A stretch of DNA of 63,806 bases, the filler included, from Conidiobolus incongruus B7586 (lineage: Eukaryota), in the NCBI GenBank assembly GCA_000697335.1. It is 8 parts of 8 records of this genome, joined end to end, with 100 filler letters (N's around TTAATTAATTAA, not from the genome) between each part and the next. Parts side by side here need not be neighbours in the genome. Positions count along the whole stretch, not along the records: positions 53,553 to 60,419 come from JNEM01006134.1; positions 60,520 to 62,305 come from JNEM01006135.1; positions 62,406 to 63,806 come from JNEM01006152.1; 5 more parts are not named here. The stretch is one strand, 5' to 3'. Within the stretch, counting starts at the first letter, position 1; each line of letters starts with the position of its first letter. Made by a program: the position numbers and the translations under genes. This document shows positions 53,553 to 63,806 of the stretch, piece by piece. The notes under the pieces are model-generated. The model was not told where the DNA came from. It made no database searches and saw only the letters and a program-made list of their open reading frames with translations.

Positions 53553-54629
53553 TACAGAAACTTCATATCTATCGTGGAGGTTCTTGCCAACACCAGGTAA
53601 ATGGATCTTAGGAGTGATACCCACAGCGGCTAATTCATCTTTATCACCAATACCAGATAACATGGCCAATTGGGGGGAGTTGAAAGTACCAGCAGAGATA
53701 ATGACTTCTTTCTTGGCATAGACATTTTCAAGCTTGGGAAGAGGCTTATTTTCGCGACGAGCAATAGGACTAGCTCTGTACAAATGTTCGCCTTTAGCGA
53801 ATTCTACACCAGTAGCAGTAGTACCATTCAATAGAATCTTAGTGACCAAGGTTTCAGTCCAAATAGTCAATTTAGGATCGTTGCGACGAGTTTTCAAATA
53901 CTCAGGAATACCTCTTCTGAAAGGAATGCCTGTGCTCAATTCATCAATGTTAGATCTAGGCAAGAAATCGGATTCCTTATCCGTATTGAGTCTGCCGCGA
54001 ATATCGTAGCCATTGGGATCGTAGCCAGTAATACTGTTGAAGTAAGGACCCAAGATCAATTTAGCCAAACCTAATAATTTAGTATCTAAATCTAAAATAC
54101 GGAATACATTCAAAGTGGAGAGAGGTAACCATCTACGAGAGCGCTCTTCATCACTTCCACTAAGACGATATAATGCGATAGTTTCGAGATATTTACGGAA
54201 AGTAGGCTCAGCCCAGGATTTGTCACCAGTTAATTCCACCATTTCTTTAAAGTCCCTGGAATTGGGATAGACGTGGAGCATACTATTGTGGAGAGTACAA
54301 CCACCAAGACCAGAAGCTTTAGGGTACAGCACTCTTTGTCTCAAGCCGGTAGATTCGTCATAGTGCTTGACCCAGTAATCCCATTGGATCTGTTCAGTTT
54401 CCAAAGCGTTGAATTGGAAAGCTGGTACGGTGATATTAGGATGTAAGTAGTCCTTCCCAGCATCGATTAAGAGAGTGGAGAATCCCTTTCTAGCTAATTC
54501 TGTAGCGACCATGGATCCGGTGGGACCAGCACCCACGACGATGTAATCGTAGCTAGCATCCTGAGCTGCTATGGATCCGAAGGAAAAGTAAATAGAGCTT
54601 AAACTGGAAATATAATTAATTAACTGCAT
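53553..54629 (-). CDS. Secreted GMC (glucose-methanol-choline) oxidoreductase, 3' end lost at the linker
   Basis: Signal-like MQLINYISSLSSIYFSFGSIAA; YDYIVVGAGPTG (FAD), GLGGCTLHNSM, EVIISAGTFNSPQLAMLSGIG, PGVGKNLHDRYEV. Confidence 0.9.
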
Positions 54630-56030
54630 ACCTAGTTTTGTACACAATTATGTTAGCATTCAGCCATATTTATATTATTTAACTATTTTCTCACGGATGA
54701 TATAACCAGTATTATAGATCATTTATCATTTTAATTTCAATTAAAATTTACACATTGAACCTAATTAAAATCCATTAGATTTGATAATTTTCAGATTGAA
54801 TTTTGAGCTTTGACATACTTCAACTTTTCTCAAGCTTATAGTATTGGTGGTGGATCTTTCGGAGTCTTAGTCCATATGTTTTATTTGATATTAGAGCTAA
54901 TAATTTTGCATACCGTATTTAGTTTTAAATACTTATAATTCGATTTATTTATCAGTTTCAACTAGGTTCTTTTTATCCAAAAGAACAATTTGAAAGGTGG
55001 ATAAATTAATAAAAACTTTATCAATTAAATTAATTTAAATGTTCACAATATGAAAAATGACAACATTGTTACAAATATGATTTTTATATTGTTAGAATTA
55101 ATTATTGGAATGAATCATGGATTGAAAGATTCATAATATGTGATCGAAAATATAGAGATTAATTGCTTTTAATTAATTTAATCTATCAAATAATCAATAT
55201 AAGAAAATATTTTCAAGTCGAATAAAGGATAGTTTTCACACATTATAATGTTTTGTGTTAATCAAAATTATATGAATGACCAATTGATTAATTTAAGATT
55301 ATTATGGTATTTATCTTTATAGGATTAAAATGGTTCGAACTAATATAAATCTTAAATAATGATGTTACTAACATTTTAATCAATTATGATATTAACCACG
55401 AGTAAAATTTTATGACATAATTTAAGTTGCATCAATTCAAAATAATTTTAAACAACTCAAAAATTATGTTTTTTAAAAAAAATTTTAAATCTATCAATTT
55501 AATAAAAATTACTTATATATATCTTATAATTCTTATATTCATTATTTGATTTTTTAATATTTTGTGGCAATATTGGTTGCATAGATCTCAATTTAACACA
55601 GGAGATATTGTTGAATTGGGCGTTAGGCCATTATAATATATTCCAATTAAGGCTTGGTCAACTTTTTTATTAAATAATATTAATTATATATGAATAGGAT
55701 AATAATAAAATTTAATTGATGATATAGTTATTGAACAGATGACACTAATTTAAAATTACAGTAAATAACCTAAAAAATATTTATTTTAACTCATAAAAAT
55801 TTTGTATTCTCTTTATTGTTGACCTTTAAAAAATACCTTTGGTTTAAATAATATTATCAACATTGGTATTTCAACATTGAGATTTATTTATTTAATAGTT
55901 AAAAAATTAATTCATTTAAATTTATAAATATTGAAAAATAGATATTTTTCACAAACTTAAATATCATAATCATTAAATCAAAAAATCAAATTTTATTGTA
56001 AAAATTAAGAATCATATATTAATACAATTA

Positions 56031-58612
56031 TTAAACATTCAAATTGCTTAACAAATCTACTAACTTATCAACCTTGTTGTCAGTGTCTTGATTTGCCATC
56101 TCCGCCAACATAATCAGTTTCTTGATACCAATTGGTAAGTCGTTCAACTGTTCATTAGCATTCAATGTGTTGGTCAGGGCGTTTAATTCGTTGGGGGTGA
56201 AATGATCCAAACTCTATAGTCAAATATTAGTTACAAGCTATGAGCATTATCTGTGGTTGATTTACCTTGACAACATTGTGAATTTGCTTACTGCCAATGA
56301 CGTTGGGAACGTAGAGATCCGCATCGAAACAGTCCAACATACTCATTTGGTCCAGGACGCCGCGGTTGGTACATGTGGAGATGAGGAGAAGACGATGATT
56401 CTTAGGAGGTCTCTTTTTGAGTAAGACCATTAAGGCTTGGAGGACTGTGTTAGAGAATCTGGGACCAATAGGAACCCAATCTATATATATATATGAGTAT
56501 TTTATATAAATCAAATGGAATCAATTTATATTACCTAACAATCTTTCAATATTATCAATGACAATGACCGATAGTGGCGATTTATAAGAATCCACAAAAA
56601 CTTTGTTAATGGCTGCGGTTTTAGAACTTTCGTTCATGCCCACCATAGTTTCAGGGGATATCAACTTAATGAAAGGGAAACTACTGCCCATGGCAATAGT
56701 GGCAGCGAGTGCAGATTTACCAGCTCCAGAAGGTCCATGCAACAGGACACTGACCAATGGAGTGGATTGAGAAGTCTTCACCTGTTCGACGAATAGTTGA
56801 CCATCATTTAAGATACGCTCAACGTGGTATTCAAATGGAATGATGTTGTTTTGGACTAGGAGTTGGAGCTCGTTGTCGCTGACACCGAATGCGGGTTTGA
56901 CTTCTTCTAAAGCGTTGAGGAAATCGTCGCGAAGCACTTTCATGTTTTCGACATCGTCACTCACTCCTGCCATGGTACCAACTTTGACGTGACGGTTGAA
57001 TGCGTAGGATGATGCGCTTTTCACCAAACCTAACAAACTTATCAGAATTATAATACTATAATAATGGATATTGATAAAAATTACCTTCAATCTCAGCACC
57101 ACTAAAATTCTTAGTCAATTGAGCCAATTCGTGAAGATCGACATCGGGACCCAGCACGTCGTTACTTCTCATCTTAGAGGTATGAATTTGAATAATTTGG
57201 TAACGTCCATGCTCGTCAGGCAAACTTATTTCAACTTGGACTTCGAGACGTCCAGGACGTAATAAGGCTTCATCGATCATATCCAATCTATTAGTCATAC
57301 CAATTACTAAAATATTGTTGAGCTGTTCGACACCGTCCATCTTGGACAACAATTGATTTACAACAGAATCGCCAACTCCTGTTCCTGAAGATTGAGAACC
57401 TCTCTGCTTACAAATGGCGTCCAATTCATCAAAGATAATGATATGAAGTGCACTTTCATCTCCCTTTTCCTTGTATTCCTTTTCGGCATCTGCGAACAGT
57501 TTACGAATGTTTTCTTCAGATTGACCTACGTATTTATTCAAAATTTCGGGTCCGTTGACAATCTTGGGTTCCTTAGCATTCAACATCTTGCCAATTTGTC
57601 GAGCCATTAAAGTTTTACCAGTACCTGGGGGACCGTGCAACAGGATACCTCTCACGTGTTTAATTCCTAGCTTTTCAATCAAAGTTGGAGGGAAGATACG
57701 CGAAGCGAAAGCTCTTCTAAAAATTGCCGAGAATTCAGTATCTAACCCACCGATGCCCATATCCTCAAATTTGAAATTGGGTTGAATTATATTGGCTGCT
57801 GCAGATCTCGTCTTCTGACCCTTTAACTTAATAGGATTATCACCAGCTTTGACGAAGTTGATACTGGTTTGGTCCATGAGCACTCCGCTGTGGATTTGTG
57901 GATTGTTTCTTGCACTGGTGGTATTGGATAGGGATTGGAGATCAACAACATTGAGGTTTAAGACTTTGGCATGTAAGTTGATGCCGTGAAATTCAAATAC
58001 CATAATCTATTAAAAAATTCATCATAAATAAATTAAAAATATATTGATAAAATTAAATTACTTGTCCAATACTAAATATTTGGTCTCTAAAATTCTATAA
58101 GTTAAAATCAGTAAATGTTTAAATGTAGTAATATCAATATAAATAATTAATACTTGAATAAAAATTGAACTCATTTCCTGAACGTCAAATACTTCATTAG
58201 TTTCTACAACTTTTTTCAAAAAAGAAACCTAAATCAAAATAAATAAAATATATTCAAATAGAAAAAGAATATAATCTACTTCAAATTCTATTGTTGATAA
58301 ATAACAATTGCCATTATTATAATCTTCAGGGCGATAGGGTTGTAAACTGACTTGTTGATTAAGTGATAAATAAGCCCATCTACGTTGAATCATAGATGTA
58401 CCAATATTTCCCAGAGGGACGGAAGCATCACGTCTAAACTTAAATTAAATTTCATATGGTGTAAATTATGACAATATTTACTTGACAGTAAAAATAAAAG
58501 CGTTATCCATAATAACGTATTTGGCGTTAGGCAAGTCATTGGGGTTGATAATTGCACAATTTGTTAGTGCTAAGCTATCTTTAGGACACTTTATTACTTG
58601 AAAAACTGACAT
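56031..58612 (-). CDS. SEC18: Vesicle-fusing AAA+ ATPase NSF/Sec18, multi-exon
   Basis: [54 protein letters not shown], second Walker [18 protein letters not shown]. Confidence 0.96.
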
Positions 58613-59116
58613 GTTTTGATTTATTTTTTTAAAGAATATTATTATTGTTATTAATAAAATATTAATTTTTGATTGAATTGATATTAAAGAATAAGTATAA
58701 TTTAAATGAGATATTCATTTTTAATTAATGTTAAGTGGGATCAATTAATTAGATGATGCGGTTAATTAAAATACCAGTCAAATTGGGTGTAATTTATTTG
58801 GCAATAATTGTTAATATTCCAATAAATGCTGCAATTTTGTGTTATGAAAATAGCTATAAAATGAATTTAATTTATTATTGTAATAACAAAATAAAAAATA
58901 GTGTATAAATTATATTAATAGTTATTAATTATTTTTGATTGATTTAATATACTATTGAATATTCAATATTTTCAATATTTTCAATTTATTCAGATTTTTT
59001 CAAATAACTGATAGAACTGTAATTTAGTTATTTTTTAACTCTTCGTTATTAATCTATGATTTTTCAACTTCTCAATCGATTTATATATTATATTGATTTA
59101 TTCATGAATTTATTAT

Positions 59117-59581
59117 TGATGATGCATACTATTCCTTCGGATTAACTAGAAAAAGTATCAGTCCAGAGAAACGCCACAAGAATCTACTGTTATTCAGTCA
59201 CGCCATCAAAACTCCCAAATACACTAAATACACTAGTAGCTTCTATGATAGAAACCCGATTTTTGGTTTGACTAATCAAAACTAGACTTCTATTAACAAT
59301 TATTCTCTCCTTCTAACTTAATAACTTCTAAGAGCAATGCTACTAATATAGCGTGTTACTGCCCCTATCTTCCTACACCATTATTATTTATTCTTCTCAA
59401 TATCCTTAAGTTAATCAAACAATTTCAATACAATCTTTCATTCTTTATTTTATTCATCGTTTTATAACATTACACCATGGCGCTCGCTCGATTTGCTTTA
59501 CCAGAGTTTTATAACACATAATCACTTATATCCCTGACCATTAAGATGAAATCATGGATCTGGCATTGAAGCCCATCATCA
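59117..59581. mobile_element. Candidate solo LTR (465 bp)
   Basis: 8-bp perfect inverted termini TGATGATG...CATCATCA around a C-rich non-coding island. Flanks ATTAT/ATCTT match only partly. Confidence 0.55.
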
Positions 59582-60419
59582 ATCTTCCTATAAAATTAAA
59601 AAATAGTTTGTAATAAAGATAAAAATAAAATAAAACACAGAATTGTAGATATTATAATATAATTTATCAGTATTCTACATTATTAGTAGATATTACAAAA
59701 TTTCTATATATAGAAATAATAATTAATAAATTTCAAATATCAAAATTTTTTTTAAATTTATAATTTTAAATAATTAACTTAGTAATTATTTAATAGCTTT
59801 ATTATTTTAATTGATTAGTTCAATTATCAAATATCTTAATTATATCTTTATATTATTTAAATTTGTCAAATTTGAGAGAAAAAATTATTACCAATTCAAT
59901 ATTTTTATTTGGTTAAAATTATATCCAATTATTAAGTTAATAAAGATTATATATTATGACTAGTATTTATATCAATTAAAAATTAATAAATTCACTTTTA
60001 TTGCTTTTAAGTATTAAAAATAATGTATCTTTATAGAAATCAAATATATTAAATTCTATTTTGTTTGATTATCTAATTTTTATTAGATATATAATATTAA
60101 AAATTTAAATTTTTTGATTAATTAAATGAATTTTGATTATATTCATCAGATTAATATTATTTTATAAATTAAATAAAAATAATCTATAAAATAATAATAT
60201 AAGATTTTTATTATTAATATTTTTAGTCCCAAGAATTAAAAGAAATATTCAATATATATAATAATACTTAAAGTTTATCTTATTTCTTTAATTAAATTAT
60301 TATATAAATAGATCATTATTAATATGGAAATTAAAAAATAACTAATTTTTTAATTTTTGATCTTTCAAATATATTATATTTTTTGAAAAATTATATATAT
60401 ATATATATATAAATATTTT

Positions 60420-60519
60420 NNNNNNNNNNNNNNNNNNNNNNNNNNNNNNNNNNNNNNNNNNNNTTAATTAATTAANNNNNNNNNNNNNNNNNNNNNNNNN
60501 NNNNNNNNNNNNNNNNNNN
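60420..60519. other. Assembly linker
   Basis: 44N-TTAATTAATTAA-44N. Confidence 0.98.
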
Positions 60520-60621
60520 TTTCAAATATTATATTTTTAATTTAAAATGCTATTTTTCAAAAAAATACAAATTTATAATTAATTATATTAATTTGATATT
60601 ATAATTTATTTAAATATTATA

Positions 60622-62190
60622 TTCTAATCTATAAAAATAAGTCATAGAATCAAAAATACTTATATTTTTACTAATAACTTGATTAATATTTAATAAAATT
60701 AACATAGATTAAATAATTAAAATCTATTATATTTATTAATAATATAAATCATTAAATGATGATATATAGTTATTAATTGGTTAATATATCAATCCTTAAA
60801 TTTTACCTAAAATATATTATAAATTTGTAGGTTTTTAGTGATAAAAAAATAAAACTTAGTATATCTACCTTTAGCTTTTCTAATTTCTTTAAGTTTGTGG
60901 GGTATAGAATCAACTAACTTTTTATATTAAGAAGGGTTAATCTTGTTCTATGCTTCTTAAATATATTCTTAAAGCTGATCTAAATTTTTTATTAGTGAAA
61001 AAGTTTTAATAGCTTTTTTAAACTAATTTTAAAGATATTCAATTAGGTTAAAGTTAAGAAATTAAAAAAGCTACTTTATAATTATTATTTTGTTATTTTT
61101 AAGCTATTTGGTAGTAGAAGTTATAATATAATAAGAAACATTATTTTATTAGAAAATAATATTAAATTTATTTAACCTATATCATTTAATAATTTTTTTT
61201 AATTTATTATTTAGAATATTTTAATATATCTCAATATTAATTCCCCTATTAACTTTACAAAGATATTTTATATCTAAAGATAATATTTATCCCTAAATAA
61301 TAATTAACCTATTATTATATTTTGGGGTAAAATTAATATGATGGTTATAAAGTAATTTTGTATTTTTTTTAAAATATCTAGTTTTTTTATTAGATCTATT
61401 AAAATATATTTTTGTTTTATTAAATTAAATAACTCTACTCTAATCAGTTTTAATTTAATATTAGTGATAATATTTAAACTTTTGTTTAACTTTATGATAG
61501 GATTTTTTTAGTTAGGGATGTTTTTTCTTAAAATATAAGTGGTATCTATGCTAATATTAAATATATATAATAGTGTTAGTGCTAATTAATATTCTTATAT
61601 AGTTTTATAATTCTTGTTATATTTTTACAATAATACTACATTTACTTGTATTAACTAACCTATATATATACTTCTTATTATATTTATTTATAATCTTAAT
61701 ATACTTAAGTTTAAGTTTAAATATATTTTAATTACTATTCTTAATAGCTTTAACTATAGTAAACTAGCTAACACTAGTAATTCTAATAATATTATAAGTT
61801 GATTTATCTTCTTTATAAAGTTGATTGATATATAAATGAATTTTTTTAAAAAGGGATTTAGGTATAATAATACTAATAGAAAAATTTAATATATCTGTAA
61901 AATATTATATAAAATAATTACAAAAAGAGAAAAATAATATGGTTATATATTGTTAAATATATCCCTTTATCTTAAAAACTTGTAAATTTATAACTTACTT
62001 TAGTTAAATTTTGAGAGTTAATATTTTTGCAAATAATTTACTAATTATAGCTAAATATATTTATTTTTTATCAAATAATATATCTTAATTATATATTATA
62101 GTTTTAGGTAATCTAATATATATAATTGTTTTAATTATTAATTAATATATATATATTTTTGATTTTATGACTCACTTTTGTAAGTCAGTA
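60622..62190 (-). mobile_element. Tc1 copy C, full length (1569 bp), hypermutated
   Basis: Both TIRs present, with TA at 60620-60621 and 62191-62192. Right terminus reads TACTGACTTACAAAAGTGAGTCATAAAATC on the minus strand; the transposase ghost matches copy A. Confidence 0.9.
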
Positions 62191-62305
62191 TATAATATTT
62201 CTATAAGGTATTGATAGTTTGTAATAATTAAAAATTATTTAATTAATAATCACTAACTTATTTTCATTATTATTAAATTTTATCATTCAAATAATATTGA
62301 AATAA

Positions 62306-62405
62306 NNNNNNNNNNNNNNNNNNNNNNNNNNNNNNNNNNNNNNNNNNNNTTAATTAATTAANNNNNNNNNNNNNNNNNNNNNNNNNNNNNNNNNNNNNNN
62401 NNNNN
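62306..62405. other. Assembly linker
   Basis: 44N-TTAATTAATTAA-44N. Confidence 0.98.
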
Positions 62406-63806
62406 TGTTAATTCTTAATCAAATTAATTTAAATTAAAATATATAATAAATTTATATTATTTATTTATAATTAAGTATATTTGATTTAATTATATTAACT
62501 TTTAGTTAATATATTAATATTTAAATTTTACCTAAGATGAATTATAAATTTGTGTGTTTTAGTTATGGAAAGAAAATTAAAACTTAATATATCTATCTTT
62601 TACTTTCTTAACTTCTTTAAATTTATAAGGTATAGAGTTAATTAACTTCTTATATTAAAAAGGATTAATTTTGTTTTAAGCTTCTTGAATATATTCCCAA
62701 AGCTCATTTAAATTTTTTACTAGTAGAAAAACTTTAATAATTTTTTTAACTAATCTTCAAGATAATTAATTAGATTAAGGTTAAAAATTTAAAAAAGCTA
62801 CTTTATAACTATTATTTTATTATTTTTAAACTATTTAGTAGTAGAAATAATAATATAACAAAGGGTATTATCTTATTGGAAAATAACATCTGATTTATTT
62901 AATCTATATTATTTAATAATTTTTTTAAATTTATTATTTAGAATATTTTAATATATTTTAATATTAATTCCCTTATTAACTCTATAAAAATACCTTATAT
63001 TAGAAAATAACATATATACTTAAACTATAATTAACCTATCATTATATTTTTAGGTTGAAATAACATAATAGTTACAAAGTATTTTTTGTCTTTTCTAAAA
63101 TATCTAGCTTTTTTATTAAATCTACTAAGGTATATTTTTGTTTTATTAAATTAAACAACCTTACTCTAATTAATTTTAGTTTAACTTTAGTGGTAATATT
63201 TAAACTCCCACCTAGCTTTATAATAAAACTTCTTTAATTAAAGGTGTTTTTTCTTAAGATATAAGTGGTATCTATTATAATATAAACTATATATAATAGT
63301 ATTAGTATTAACTAATAATCTTATATAGTTTTGTAATTTTTTCTATACTTTTACAGTAATATTACACTTACCTATATTAACTAACCTATAAATATACTTT
63401 TCATTATATTTATCTATAATCTTAATATACTTAAGTTTAAGTTTAAATATATCTTTACCATAATTTTTAATAACTTTAGTTATAATAGACTAACTAACAC
63501 TAGTAATTCCAATAATCTTATAAATTGATTTACCTTTACTATAAAGTTGATTAATATATAAGTGAATTTTTTTAAAGAGGGATTTAGGTATTTTAATACT
63601 AATATTATTTAAAATAATAATTTACAATAATAATATTAGTATATATATATATATATAATTTAATAAAAAAAATTTAAGTAATTTTTATTTTATATACTCT
63701 TTTAACTCTTAAACCTATAAATTTATAACTCACCCTATTTAAAATTTAAGATTTGATATATTAACCAATAATATATTAAATATAATTAAATATAACTTAT
63801 TATAAT
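62406..63806 (-). mobile_element. Tc1 copy D, hypermutated, both ends truncated
   Basis: Collinear with copies B and C. Minus strand GAT GTT ATT TTC CAA TAA GAT AAT ACC CTT TGT TAT reads DVIFQ(Q)DNT(P)C(H). Confidence 0.88.

Noticed and set aside
54835..54880. Small GC-rich patch containing TTCG upstream of the GMC gene
   Set aside because: No convincing stem or ncRNA consensus.
1..63806. CRISPR arrays, rRNA genes or prokaryotic operons
   Set aside because: None seen; the sequence is eukaryotic with spliceosomal introns.

Overview
Very AT-rich eukaryotic DNA with genes split by short (~50-60 nt) GT-AG introns. It is most consistent with an early-diverging fungus (Conidiobolus/Entomophthoromycotina-like); this identity is an inference, not proven. 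Eight contigs are joined by seven artificial 100-nt linkers (44N-TTAATTAATTAA-44N), so adjacency across linkers is unreliable. Protein genes: a mitochondrial LEA-like membrane protein, a PPR protein, UTP25 (truncated), BolA2/Fra2, two hotdog-fold thioesterases plus an inverted pseudogene, ICP55-type Xaa-Pro aminopeptidase, MET5 sulfite reductase beta subunit (1-nt frameshift), a secreted His-repeat protein, a divergent ERD2, a secreted GMC oxidoreductase (truncated) and SEC18/NSF. Relics: a DNA2 pseudogene, a tRNA-Trp relic with a TCA anticodon, four candidate solo LTRs, and four copies plus one fragment of a Tc1 (DD34E, IR/DR-type) transposon invisible to the ORF track. Two signals stand out. 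(1) The Tc1 copies are degraded mainly by C>T/G>A transitions with the frame largely kept, resembling repeat-induced point mutation (RIP) in a lineage where RIP is not established. (2) An orientation- and position-restricted upstream motif, CCCATAA, lies ~77-118 nt before the ATG of six housekeeping genes.
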